64,000 nucleotides of DNA from an uncultured Candidatus Saccharibacteria bacterium (GCA_964634305.1 CAZWLE010000002.1:921-64920), one strand, 5' to 3'; positions 30,662 to 40,489 are shown, counted from the first letter of the stretch. The notes: generated from the letters alone by a model not told the origin. Numbers and translations are program-made.

Positions 30662-31930
30662 TTATGAATTTACCGGATGTTTATAGAAATGTACGAGACC
30701 AGAAAGAAGTATTAAATTAAACAAACGACCGAGAATGCGTGCAACAATCGCACCCATGAGCCCATATCCTATGATTCCAACCACCAGAACTATCATCTGA
30801 AAGATTGGACTCAATATATTGAATATATATAGTTCACGTTTTGCGGCCTGGGCTTCAAGCAGAGTATATGGAATTGCATTTGAGATTAATAACAGTGAAA
30901 TGGCAAACACCTGTGAGTACAGCACAGCTTCTGGATATGCAGGGAAGAGAATACGGAAGATAAACGGTGCAAGTACGATGTAAACGAGTGCAACTAGTGC
31001 AAGCATGAGAGTGAATAGCCCCATTCGTTTCCAGAAATTACCAAGTACTTCATGCATTGGTCGATTTGAGAACTTAGGAAAGGCCAATGTGGCTACACTG
31101 TTTACTGTAGATTTTGCCTGTTCTGGCAACGCAGTAGCAAATGTGTAAACAGCCAAAGGAACCGCTCCAAGAAAGTGAAAAACGAGAATCTTGTCTGCTT
31201 GTTGTGAAATGGTGCTAATGACATTCATGGCACTGAAGTGTGCTGAAAGAGAAAAGAGCTCAGGACTTGTGTCGCCTTGTGGTTTGTAGATGCGATAGGT
31301 GTGTAAACACAGCAATAGACCAATAACGATGTTGCCGCCTAAATAAGCAAGTAAGAACATGACAGGGTCACTGGTTACTGTCATGAGTCCAAGAATCAGG
31401 GCACCAGTTACAGCATTCAGTACAATGCCGTAAAGCGCCATGCGTTTAAAATCCTTCTTACCTTCCAAAAACGACCCATAAAGCAGAGATACCTGCATGA
31501 GTGGTCCAAGGACCGCTATGGTGAGCATGCCACCTGCGAGCAGCAGATTATCGTTGAGTGCGTAATAGCCGGACATCGCAAGCGCTATCACAAGGAGTGG
31601 AGTACTGCCCATGAGACTAAGCGTGAATGCTTTACGGTACGTACCATCGAATCCACGGGCTATTGCACGTGAGAGAGCGGTCGGCAATCCAGTTAGTGAA
31701 AATGCGGTTAGTACCCAGAAGACAGAGAGCAAAAAGCGGTATGTACCATACGCATCTTTGGGAACTAAGTGAGAGAACGCGACCGAGAGTCCGAGCGCTA
31801 TGAGTCCGAGCGCAATCTGCCCTAAAGTGAGCCAAAAACCCCCTTTCACGAGATAACGCATATCAGTTTTTGTTACGCGCTCAGCTATCCCAAGACCCCG
31901 TTGGAGTAGTCGCTCAGATGAAGGGTCCAT
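30662..31930 (-). CDS. Wzx-type oligosaccharide flippase (MOP/polysaccharide biosynthesis protein). The start is placed at the internal Met (MDPSSER...); the longer 32149 start would overlap the divergent gene by 180 nt.
   Basis: ~12 predicted TM helices. The polar N-terminal extension of the longer ORF is unlikely to be real. Confidence 0.7.
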   Translation of the reverse strand: MDPSSERLLQRGLGIAERVTKTDMRYLVKGGFWLTLGQIALGLIALGLSVAFSHLVPKDAYGTYRFLLSVFWVLTAFSLTGLPTALSRAIARGFDGTYRKAFTLSLMGSTPLLVIALAMSGYYALNDNLLLAGGMLTIAVLGPLMQVSLLYGSFLEGKKDFKRMALYGIVLNAVTGALILGLMTVTSDPVMFLLAYLGGNIVIGLLLCLHTYRIYKPQGDTSPELFSLSAHFSAMNVISTISQQADKILVFHFLGAVPLAVYTFATALPEQAKSTVNSVATLAFPKFSNRPMHEVLGNFWKRMGLFTLMLALVALVYIVLAPFIFRILFPAYPEAVLYSQVFAISLLLISNAIPYTLLEAQAAKRELYIFNILSPIFQMIVLVVGIIGYGLMGAIVARILGRLFNLILLSGLVHFYKHPVNS

Positions 31931-31970
31931 TGGAGCAGTATACCGAGGGTAAGTGGTATAGTCTCCCCAT

Positions 31971-34121
31971 ATGGCATTAAAAAGCGTGGCGCTCTGGACC
32001 GTCCTTGGTGCGTTGTTTATTATCCCGTTCCTCCCTTTATACGTAGCCAGTGACCTATTTTTTCCGTTTATTTCCTCCAAGGGCTTTGCATTTCGCATCA
32101 TTATTGAGCTTGCCGCAGGCGCGTACCTCCTTCTTGCCATTGCCGACAAGCGCTATCGTCCGCGCTGGTCATGGACCCTCGTTATCTATGGAGCGTTTGT
32201 AGCATGGATGTTCATTGCGAATCTCTTTGCTGAGAATGCACACAAGGCATTCTGGTCTAATTACGAGCGCATGGACGGGTGGGTCACGCTCGTCCACGTC
32301 TTCGTTTTCTTTATTATTGCCGGTGCAGTCTTGTCTGCTGACAAACTCTGGAAGCGGTGGTGGCTGACGGTACTTGGTGCCTCTGCGCTCGTATCCGTTC
32401 ATGGTGTCTGGCAGCTCTTAGGATACGCAGAGATTCACCAAGGTGGTGCGCGTCTTGATGCGAACTTCGGTAACGCCATTTACCTGGCGGTGTATCTGAT
32501 GTTCACCATCCTGATTGCGACATGGCAGGCAGTCGTGTCGAAGGGGTGGTTACGATGGTGTCTCATTGCTCTTGCTGCGCTCCAAGTCGTTCTGCTCTTT
32601 GCTACCGCAACTCGTGGTGTGGTACTGGCGCTGTTTGGTGCCTCAATTTTGATGGGCCTTGCATGGGTAGCGACGTCAGCTGCAGGGAAGGGAAAGGTGA
32701 TTGCGGGCGCTGCGGTAGGGCTGTTGCTCGTTCTTGGTGCAGGGTTCTATCTGGTGCGTGATAGTTCCTTTATTCAAAATGAACCCGCGCTCGCACGTCT
32801 TGCAACGGTCTTTAATTCCAACGAACTCACGGTACGTGCAACGCTCTGGAGCATGGCCTTTGAGGGGGCAGCGGAGCGTCCTATTACCGGTTGGGGTCAG
32901 GAAGGTTACAACTTTGTATTCAACACGTATTACAAGCCAACGCTCTACGGTCAGGAGCCGTGGTTTGATCGTGCGCACAATGAATACCTTGATTGGCTTG
33001 TTGCGGGCGGATACCCAGCATTGCTTCTCTTCGTAGCGTTATTGCTCTCGGTGCTATATGCCTTCTTCAAAAAGAAGGATGACCCGGTAGCACGTGTCTT
33101 TTTGGGTGGGGTATTGGTTGCATATGCTCTACAGGCCGTCACTGCTTTTGATAACCTGTTGTCATATATTCTTGCTGCTGCGCTCTTTGCAATGGCGCAC
33201 GATGCGAGTGCGCGCCCCATTCCCGCGCTTGAGCGTGCAGAGGAATCACGTGGAGATACGCTTGCAACCATAGGTGCGCCCGTGGTGCTTGTAGTGACGT
33301 TTGCAGTGGTGTGGTTTGTAAATGTGCCGAACATCAGTGCAGGCACCGACCTTATTCGCGCAGCCGGTGCAAAAGACGCATCTGCAGCTCTTGCTGCGTA
33401 TGAGTCTGCACTGGCGCATGAATCGTTTGCTCGCCAGGAGATACGAGAACAATTACTTAGCTTTGCAGGCAGCATTGCACAGAACGGGAGTATACCGGTC
33501 GAGGTGCGCCAGGCGGCTGTGAAGCTTGCGTTCGAACAGGCAGAGGAAGGGATTGCTGAAGTACCAAACGACGCTCGCGGCCACCTTATGTATGCGCAAG
33601 CACTCCGTCTTGCTGGAAACGGTGAAGGCGCCCTACGTGAAATAGATGCTGCACTTGCACTTTCTCCAAAAAAACAAACGACACTCATGCAGCGCGGAGC
33701 GGCAAAATGGCAGATTAATGATATGGCAGGTGCCGTAGCCGATTTTGAGGCAGCATATAACCTCGATCGTCGTAACAAGAATGCTGCGGGCTATCTTGCA
33801 GCAGGGCGTATTCTTCAAGGCGACGTTGCAGGTGGTAAGGCGCTACTCCAAGAAGTGTATGGCTCAACCGTTGTGGACCTTGATGTGCTGCGTGCTGCCT
33901 ACTTTGAGACGAAGCGCTATGCTGATCTTGTTGAGGTAGTGAAACTTTCGTCGCAGAACGAGCCTGGAAATGTACAGAAGCGTCTCCTTCTGGTACAGGC
34001 GTATGCACTCGCTGGACGCGCTGCTGAAGCGCGCACAGAAGCGGACGCGATTCGTGCAGCGCACCCAGAAGCTGCAGCGACGGTTACCACACTCTTGGTA
34101 CAGCTCGGCCTTTCGAAATGA
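31971..34121 (+). CDS. O-antigen ligase (Wzy_C/PglL-like) family membrane protein with a C-terminal TPR-repeat periplasmic domain.
   Basis: ~11 TM helices in the first ~430 aa, with a large loop containing WSMAFEGAAERPITGWGQEGYNFVF...RAHNEYLDWL (Wzy_C-like). The C-terminal ~280 aa form TPR-like helical repeats (AYNLDRRNKNAAGYLAAGRI...). Confidence 0.75.
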   Translation: MALKSVALWTVLGALFIIPFLPLYVASDLFFPFISSKGFAFRIIIELAAGAYLLLAIADKRYRPRWSWTLVIYGAFVAWMFIANLFAENAHKAFWSNYERMDGWVTLVHVFVFFIIAGAVLSADKLWKRWWLTVLGASALVSVHGVWQLLGYAEIHQGGARLDANFGNAIYLAVYLMFTILIATWQAVVSKGWLRWCLIALAALQVVLLFATATRGVVLALFGASILMGLAWVATSAAGKGKVIAGAAVGLLLVLGAGFYLVRDSSFIQNEPALARLATVFNSNELTVRATLWSMAFEGAAERPITGWGQEGYNFVFNTYYKPTLYGQEPWFDRAHNEYLDWLVAGGYPALLLFVALLLSVLYAFFKKKDDPVARVFLGGVLVAYALQAVTAFDNLLSYILAAALFAMAHDASARPIPALERAEESRGDTLATIGAPVVLVVTFAVVWFVNVPNISAGTDLIRAAGAKDASAALAAYESALAHESFARQEIREQLLSFAGSIAQNGSIPVEVRQAAVKLAFEQAEEGIAEVPNDARGHLMYAQALRLAGNGEGALREIDAALALSPKKQTTLMQRGAAKWQINDMAGAVADFEAAYNLDRRNKNAAGYLAAGRILQGDVAGGKALLQEVYGSTVVDLDVLRAAYFETKRYADLVEVVKLSSQNEPGNVQKRLLLVQAYALAGRAAEARTEADAIRAAHPEAAATVTTLLVQLGLSK

Positions 34122-35134
34122 TGCTCAAGGAACGTGTGCCTCTCGCTACACTGACGACCTTGAAGGTTGGCGGTGAAGCACGCTACGTCGCGTTTGTAGA
34201 AAGTGAACAGGACGTACATGAGGCGGTGACGTTTGCGCGTGAGCACGACGTTTCGTTCTACGTACTTGGTGAAGGGTCCAACGTGCTCCCAAGTGATGCG
34301 GGATATGACGGGGTAGTAATTGTCATGCGTATCGCTGGTATGGAAACGAGTGAAGAGAAAGGTGTTGTTCGTATACAAGGTGGCGCCGGCGTCTCATGGG
34401 ATGCGGTAGTGCGCGAAGCAGCGGCGCAAAACGCATGGGGTATTGAAAACCTTGCCGGCATTCCTGGCACGCTTGGTGCCGCACCAGTACAAAATATTGG
34501 TGCGTACGGTGCAGAGCTTGCACAGGTTCTTGAAGAAGTGCGAGTGTATGACACAACGTCTGGAGAAGTGCGTACGTTATCTGCTGCAGACTGTACGCTT
34601 GGCTACCGTGATAGTCGATTCAAGCACGATGCATCACTCATCATTATTGGCGTTACGCTCGTCCTTCGTACTGATGCAAGCGCACGACTCGACTACAGTG
34701 ACTTAGCGCGTGCCAAGGAAGCAGGCGAAGACCTGTCGACGCCGGCAAAGATAGGGGACGTGGTGCGCGCGATTCGTGCCAAGAAATTCCCTGACCTTTC
34801 TGAGTACGGGACGGCAGGGTCATTCTTCAAAAACCCGGTCATGAGTGAAGAAGTGTATTCGGCTCTTTCAGAGAAGTATGGCGAAGCACCACGATTTCCG
34901 AACGTGAATGGTGTAAAAGTTCCGCTTGCGTTCATCCTTGATAAAGCACTCGGACTCCGTGGGTTCCGTCTTGGTCCTGCATCTCTCTTTGGCGCACAGC
35001 CACTCGTGCTTGTGGCTGAACGTGGTGCTACCGCACAGGATGTTGATGCGCTTGCCCGCGAAGTAGAATCACGCGTGTATGACGCAACAGGCATTACGAT
35101 TGAACGCGAAGTGCGCACCATGCCGCAGAAATAA
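34118..35134 (+). CDS. murB: UDP-N-acetylenolpyruvoylglucosamine reductase.
   Basis: LATLTTLKVGGEARYVAFVESEQDV, FYVLGEGSNVL (FAD-binding), and a C-terminal MurB_C-like region. Confidence 0.85.
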   Translation: MMLKERVPLATLTTLKVGGEARYVAFVESEQDVHEAVTFAREHDVSFYVLGEGSNVLPSDAGYDGVVIVMRIAGMETSEEKGVVRIQGGAGVSWDAVVREAAAQNAWGIENLAGIPGTLGAAPVQNIGAYGAELAQVLEEVRVYDTTSGEVRTLSAADCTLGYRDSRFKHDASLIIIGVTLVLRTDASARLDYSDLARAKEAGEDLSTPAKIGDVVRAIRAKKFPDLSEYGTAGSFFKNPVMSEEVYSALSEKYGEAPRFPNVNGVKVPLAFILDKALGLRGFRLGPASLFGAQPLVLVAERGATAQDVDALAREVESRVYDATGITIEREVRTMPQK

Positions 35135-35311
35135 TTTCTTTTCGTAAAAAATTATTTGTAAGAGTTATCCACAGCTACAACTTTTTTCGTACAAAAAAGT
35201 TTTTTGCGCGCAATAATAGTTTGTAGAACACTTTGTACGAGAAAACATTTCGCAAGAAACATTTTCTCGCACCTAAGTGGGTCGATTATTCGTCATTCTA
35301 ACTATCGCACC

Positions 35312-35386
35312 ATGGCTGCAAAGAAGAAGGCAAAGAAGACCGCAAAGAAGACCACCAAGCGCAAGAAGACCGCTAAGCGCAAGTAG
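35312..35386 (+). CDS. 24-aa poly-lysine micro-ORF (MAAKKKAKKTAKKTTKRKKTAKRK); candidate leader peptide or small basic peptide.
   Basis: ATG at 35312 and TAG at 35384. 11 of 24 codons are AAG/AAA Lys. A strong intrinsic terminator starts 13 nt after the stop. The upstream part of the 60-aa ORF (35204..) is AT-rich and not protein-like. Confidence 0.3.
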   Translation: MAAKKKAKKTAKKTTKRKKTAKRK

Positions 35387-35397
35387 TCCGCTTTAAC

Positions 35398-35433
35398 GAA
35401 AACCCCCGCACTCGCGGGGGTTTTCGTTTTCTT
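35398..35433 (+). terminator. Rho-independent terminator or attenuator hairpin, 16 nt upstream of the secA start.
   Basis: AAAACCCCCGC actc GCGGGGG TTTTCGTTTTCTT: a 7-bp G/C stem followed by a U-run. Confidence 0.7.
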
Positions 35434-35448
35434 GTATAGTGCCCTGAT

Positions 35449-37968
35449 ATGGCGAGCTTTCTTGGCCGCATCTTCGCCCAGAACGAATCCGCGGCCTTTA
35501 TAAAGGGTGCGGCCCCTATCGTATCCCGTGCTGCAGCTCTTGAGGCAGAGCTTGAAGTGCTTTCCCGCGATGAGCTTGCGGCTCGTCTCCTCTATATAAA
35601 GGAACGTGTCGGTGGGGTACCTACGGCTGAGGCAGATATTGCAGAGGTGTTCGCCCTGACGCGTGAGGCAGCACGTCGTACCCTCAAGCAGCGTCATTTT
35701 GATGTGCAGCTTATTGGTGGGTTTGCGCTCTCCTCGGGCAAAATCGCTGAGATGCGTACCGGTGAAGGAAAGACGTTGGTGGCAACCTCTGCTGCCGTCC
35801 TTCGCTCACTTTCAGGAAAGGGGGTGCACGTTGTGACGGTGAACGATTATCTTGCTCGTCGCGACGCCGCATGGATGGGGCAGGTATATGACTACCTTGG
35901 CCTTTCGCTTGGTGTCATCACAAGCCAGGGTGCATATCGCTACGACCCGTCGCACGTAGAAGAAGGAGAGGATGAAAAACGTGATGAAGAAGGGTCCTTT
36001 AAGGTGTTCTACGATTACCTTCGTCCCGTTAGTAAGAAAGAGGCGTATGACGCTGATATCACGTATGCGACGAACAATGAGCTCGGCTTTGATTACCTTC
36101 GTGACAACACCGCGTACGAGACCTCACAGATTTCGCAGCGCGGTCATCACTTTGCGATTATCGATGAAATAGACTCGATTCTTATCGACGAGGCACGCAC
36201 GCCGCTTATCATTTCTGGCCCCGCAGGTGATGCGGAAGGACTCTACGAACGATTCTCTGGCATTGTACGTTCCTTTGAGGAAGGTCCTGATTACTCTGTC
36301 GATGAGAAACAGCGTGCTGTGCAGATTACTGAAGACGGTATACGTAAAGCAGAAACAGCCCTGGGTATTGATAATCTCTACACCGAAGGCGGGATGCGCT
36401 ACGCACATCACCTTGAGACGGCCGTGCGCGCGAAGGCGCTCTTTAAGAAAGATAAGGAGTACGTCGTTAAAGACGGTGAAATCATCATCGTTGATGAATT
36501 CACAGGTCGCCTCCAGCCAGGACGTCGCTGGTCAGAAGGGTTGCATCAGGCAGTGGAAGCAAAGGAAGGCGTACCGGTTCGCAAAGAGACCCGCACCTAT
36601 GCGAGCGTGACGTTCCAGAACTACTTCCGTATGTACGAAGGTCTTGCGGGCATGACCGGTACAGGTGCCTCTTCTGAGGAAGAGTTTTATACGGTGTACA
36701 AGCTTGAGGTGGTCGTAGTGCCAACCAACCGTGAAGTAAAACGTATTGACCGTGATGACCTTATCTTCCAGACCGTACGGGGTAAGTACGAAGCCCTCAC
36801 GGCACAGGTAAAAGCACTCCACGAGAAGGGACAGCCGGTACTTATTGGTACGGTCGCGATTGAAGATAACGAAGTAGTGAGTGACGCGCTCCGTAAGGCG
36901 GGCGTACCGCACGAAGTACTGAACGCAAAGAACCACGAGCGCGAAGGAGAAATTATTGCGCAAGCAGGACGAAAGGGTGGGGTAACGGTTGCAACCAACC
37001 TTGCTGGTCGTGGTGTCGACATTAAGCTCGGTGGCGCCACTGCGTCCTCGGAAGAACGAGACGAGGTGGTGTCGCTTGGCGGTCTCTATGTCATTGGTAC
37101 CGAGCGTCACGAGGCACGTCGTATCGATAACCAGCTACGTGGTCGTTCTGGTCGTCAGGGTGACCCCGGCGAGACAAGATTCTATGTCTCTCTTGAAGAC
37201 AAGCTCATGCGTGTCTTCGCTTCCGATATGGTCAAGAACGTTATGGGTACGTTCAAGATTCCTGAGAATGAACCGATTGAGAGCGGGATGATAACGCGCT
37301 CCCTTGAGACGGCACAGAAGCGTATCGAGGGCTTTAACTTCGACTCTCGCAAGCAGGTCTTGGCCTACGACGACGTACTGAACACCCAGCGCCTCACAAT
37401 TTACGCACGTCGCCGCACTGCGCTCCAGGGCACGGCTGATGAAGTAGAAGCAACTATTCGCGCGATAGTGCAGGGCGATGAGGCTGCAGAGAAAGCAATA
37501 GAGGAGAAGCGCGCCCTCTTTGGTGATTCGTTCCCACACGTACTGCGCCGCTTGCTTCTTCAGGTCGTCGATAGTTTCTGGCTTGAGCACCTGGAAACCA
37601 TGGATTATCTACGTCGCTCCGTATCCCTTCGTGCCTACGGTCAGCGCGACCCACTTATTGAATACCGAAAGGAAGGTCTTGCGCGCTTCCACCAGCTTGA
37701 AGCGTCTATTGATACCGCTATTCGCGAAGCGCTCCCTCGCATACGTCCTGCTGATGATGCAGCGGTAAAAGCGCAAGAAGAGAAGACGCGTAAAGCGCTC
37801 CTTGCCGCTTCTTCTGGAAATGGAGAGTCGACCGCACAAGAACCGGTAAAGAAGGCAGATGCACCAGGACGTAACGATACTGTTACTATTCGCAGCGGCG
37901 ATAAGACGATGACTCTCAAGTACAAGAAGGCAGAGCCATATATTGCTGAAGGGTGGGAGCTCGTGTAG
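35449..37968 (+). CDS. secA: Preprotein translocase ATPase SecA.
   Basis: 839 aa. Contains ALSSGKIAEMRTGEGKTLVAT (Walker A), DEIDSILIDEARTPLIISG (DEAD-like), and LAGRGVDIKLGG. Confidence 0.95.
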   Translation: MASFLGRIFAQNESAAFIKGAAPIVSRAAALEAELEVLSRDELAARLLYIKERVGGVPTAEADIAEVFALTREAARRTLKQRHFDVQLIGGFALSSGKIAEMRTGEGKTLVATSAAVLRSLSGKGVHVVTVNDYLARRDAAWMGQVYDYLGLSLGVITSQGAYRYDPSHVEEGEDEKRDEEGSFKVFYDYLRPVSKKEAYDADITYATNNELGFDYLRDNTAYETSQISQRGHHFAIIDEIDSILIDEARTPLIISGPAGDAEGLYERFSGIVRSFEEGPDYSVDEKQRAVQITEDGIRKAETALGIDNLYTEGGMRYAHHLETAVRAKALFKKDKEYVVKDGEIIIVDEFTGRLQPGRRWSEGLHQAVEAKEGVPVRKETRTYASVTFQNYFRMYEGLAGMTGTGASSEEEFYTVYKLEVVVVPTNREVKRIDRDDLIFQTVRGKYEALTAQVKALHEKGQPVLIGTVAIEDNEVVSDALRKAGVPHEVLNAKNHEREGEIIAQAGRKGGVTVATNLAGRGVDIKLGGATASSEERDEVVSLGGLYVIGTERHEARRIDNQLRGRSGRQGDPGETRFYVSLEDKLMRVFASDMVKNVMGTFKIPENEPIESGMITRSLETAQKRIEGFNFDSRKQVLAYDDVLNTQRLTIYARRRTALQGTADEVEATIRAIVQGDEAAEKAIEEKRALFGDSFPHVLRRLLLQVVDSFWLEHLETMDYLRRSVSLRAYGQRDPLIEYRKEGLARFHQLEASIDTAIREALPRIRPADDAAVKAQEEKTRKALLAASSGNGESTAQEPVKKADAPGRNDTVTIRSGDKTMTLKYKKAEPYIAEGWELV

Positions 37969-38011
37969 AGCGCGTATCGCGCACACGGGAAGCGTGGTAG
38001 GGTGATTTTAT

Positions 38012-38992
38012 ATGGCGTTTGTAGACGAGATACGTATTCACGCACAGGCCGGCCACGGTGGTCCGGGCGTTGTGCGTTGGCTCCATATCCGTGGCAAGGA
38101 TAAGGGTGGCCCATCGGGAGGCGACGGCGGTCGTGGTGGTGACATTGTGCTCGAAGGAGTCCGTGACCTCGCCGTGCTCGCAAGCTATCGCTTCACAAAA
38201 AAAGTGCGCGCAGAAAATGGTAAACCAGGAGGCAGCAACGATAAGCATGGTGCCGACGGTGTTCCAACGGTGTTGAAGGTACCTGTAGGTACGGTCGCGC
38301 GCGTCGTGACGACTCGTGAGGAATTTGAAATCCTTGAGGAAGGACAGCGTATCGTCATCTTTAAGGGTGGTCCTGGTGGATACGGGAACGCCCACTTTAA
38401 AAGCTCCACAAATCAGAATCCCGACTCTGCAAAGGAGGGTAAAAAGGGACAGGTTGGGGATATCGAAATCACCCTAAAACTCATTGCTGACGCTGGGTTT
38501 ATAGGGTTCCCAAATGCCGGGAAGTCGTCTCTTTTGAATGCGCTTACCCGCGCTGATTCGAAGGTGGGCGCGTACCCCTTCACCACCCTCGACCCTCACC
38601 TCGGGGACTTCTATGGCCACCTTCTTGCTGACATTCCGGGTCTTATTGAGGGTGCCTCGTCAGGCCGAGGTCTTGGTTCTAAGTTCCTTCGTCACGTAGA
38701 ACGTACAGGTTTGCTTGTACATCTTGTCTCGGCTGAACAAGAAGACGTCGCCGCATCCTATAGGGCCATACGAGAGGAACTTTCTGCCTTTGGTCGCGGT
38801 CTCGCAGAGAAAGCAGAGCTCGTCGTGCTCTCAAAGTCCGACCTTGTGACTCCGGAAGAGCTCGAAGAACGCCGAACGGCGCTCCAAGCTGCGGTAGGGG
38901 AGCGGGAGGTAATCACTCTTTCGGTCATCGACGATGACGCCCTAAAGGCCTTTTCGGACCGACTTGCTCGCTTGCTCGAGACTAAGTCCTAG
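38012..38992 (+). CDS. obg: GTPase Obg/CgtA.
   Basis: N-terminal Gly-rich Obg fold (GGPGVVRW...GGDGGRGGDIVL), and G-domain motifs GFPNAGKSSLLNAL and DIPGLIEGAS. Confidence 0.9.
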   Translation: MAFVDEIRIHAQAGHGGPGVVRWLHIRGKDKGGPSGGDGGRGGDIVLEGVRDLAVLASYRFTKKVRAENGKPGGSNDKHGADGVPTVLKVPVGTVARVVTTREEFEILEEGQRIVIFKGGPGGYGNAHFKSSTNQNPDSAKEGKKGQVGDIEITLKLIADAGFIGFPNAGKSSLLNALTRADSKVGAYPFTTLDPHLGDFYGHLLADIPGLIEGASSGRGLGSKFLRHVERTGLLVHLVSAEQEDVAASYRAIREELSAFGRGLAEKAELVVLSKSDLVTPEELEERRTALQAAVGEREVITLSVIDDDALKAFSDRLARLLETKS

Positions 38993-38998
38993 GGCAGG

Positions 38999-40405
38999 AT
39001 GAGGGCAATGAGCCCCTCCTATCGCCCGACCATAGGACTTGAGATACACGCGGAATTGAAGACGCAGACGAAGATGTTCTGCGCCTCAAAAAACGACCCT
39101 GACGAGGAGCGTCCGAACACCAACGTATGTCCGGTGTGTCTTGCGCACCCTGGTACACTTCCGGTCGCAAACAAAGAAGCGGTTCATCATGTGCTTCGGG
39201 TCGGTACCGCACTTGGCGCAACACTTGCTGACTACACAGAGTTTGACCGTAAAAGTTATTTCTACCCGGATATTCCAAAGGGGTATCAGATAAGTCAGTA
39301 TGAGCACCCGCTTGTTGCGGGCGGTAAGCTCAACGGCGTCGCGATTACGCGGGTACACCTTGAAGAAGACACGGCACGCTCATCACACGCAAAGGATGCG
39401 TCACTCGTTGATTTCAACCGTGCTGGTGTACCGCTTATGGAGTTGGTGACTGAACCGGTTATTCATGATGCAAAGACAGCGGGGGAGTTTGCACGCGAGC
39501 TACAGTTGCTCCTTCGCTCGCTTGGGGTATCCGACGCAAATCTTGAAAAAGGAGAGATGCGCATCGAAGCGAATATTTCTGTCTCAAAAACGGAAGAGTA
39601 TGGAACTAAGGTCGAGGTCAAAAATCTCAACTCCTTCCGTTCAGTTGAACGTGCGATTGAATATGAAATTAGCCGACAGAGCAAATTGATTGAATCGGGG
39701 GGTGCGGTCCAGCAGGAGACCCGCGGCTGGAACGAGGAGAAGCAGGAAACCTTCCATCAGCGGTTCAAAGAAGGCAGTGCAGACTACCGGTACTTCCCAG
39801 AACCTGATTTGCCTAAGCTCGTCATTTCGGAGATTCCAGAATTTGCGCACGATGTGCTGCGTGCCTCAATGCCAGAGCTTCCTTGGGAAAAGCGTGAGCG
39901 ACTCATTGCAGAAGGTATCAACGTTGAAGCAGCAAATATTCTTGTGAGCGATGCTGACTACGGCGCTCTCTACGACGAAGAAATTGCTGGTATCACCGAT
40001 ACTAAAGCCCGCATCGCCGCCGTTAATATACTCATGAGTGATGTACGCGGTAAGAATCCTGACGGTGACATGCTTACAAGACTGCGTGGCGCGTTTACGC
40101 CGGTGATGACGCAGTTTGTAGAAGGTAAGCTCTCATCGACGAATGCAAAGGCTGCTATCACGGACGTTATGGCAGGAAAGAGCGTAGAGGAGGCTCTCGC
40201 CGGCAAAGTACAGGTAAGTGATGAAGGAGCGCTTCTAGAGGCCGTCAGAAAGGTGATTGAGGAGCAGCCTGCAGCGGTAGCGGAGTATCAGGGCGGCAAA
40301 GAGAATGCACTCCAGTTCCTCGTAGGACAGGGTATGAAGGCTACCAAGGGAGCAGGCAATCCAGGTGTTCTGAGGGAGCTTTTCGCGAAGGAACTCGGGA
40401 AATAA
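38999..40405 (+). CDS. gatB: Asp-tRNA(Asn)/Glu-tRNA(Gln) amidotransferase subunit B.
   Basis: IGLEIHAELKTQTKMFC...CPVCLAHPGTLPV, then GatB/YqeY C-terminal domain-like sequence. Confidence 0.9.
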   Translation: MRAMSPSYRPTIGLEIHAELKTQTKMFCASKNDPDEERPNTNVCPVCLAHPGTLPVANKEAVHHVLRVGTALGATLADYTEFDRKSYFYPDIPKGYQISQYEHPLVAGGKLNGVAITRVHLEEDTARSSHAKDASLVDFNRAGVPLMELVTEPVIHDAKTAGEFARELQLLLRSLGVSDANLEKGEMRIEANISVSKTEEYGTKVEVKNLNSFRSVERAIEYEISRQSKLIESGGAVQQETRGWNEEKQETFHQRFKEGSADYRYFPEPDLPKLVISEIPEFAHDVLRASMPELPWEKRERLIAEGINVEAANILVSDADYGALYDEEIAGITDTKARIAAVNILMSDVRGKNPDGDMLTRLRGAFTPVMTQFVEGKLSSTNAKAAITDVMAGKSVEEALAGKVQVSDEGALLEAVRKVIEEQPAAVAEYQGGKENALQFLVGQGMKATKGAGNPGVLRELFAKELGK

Positions 40406-40489
40406 GCCACTAATTCCAAGACATCTCGTCTTGCACAGATTGGTGAAAAGTCTCTTCTAAAAGAGACGAGATATCCTATACTTCAAGGA

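Noticed and set aside
31971-32149. Apparent 180-nt overlap between the divergent flippase (ORF-track start 32149) and the Wzy_C-family gene.
   Set aside because: The N-terminal 73 aa of the long flippase ORF are polar, non-membrane and unlike flippase N-termini. The internal Met at 31930 gives a sensible 40-bp divergent spacer, so this is a start-codon over-extension rather than a true overlap.
35204-35311. Upstream 36 codons of the 60-aa ORF (MRAIIVCRTLCTRKHFARNIF...) as part of the Lys-rich small protein.
   Set aside because: The region is AT-rich leader-like sequence full of direct repeats. A short ORF starting at the internal ATG (35312) is more plausible, though still unproven.
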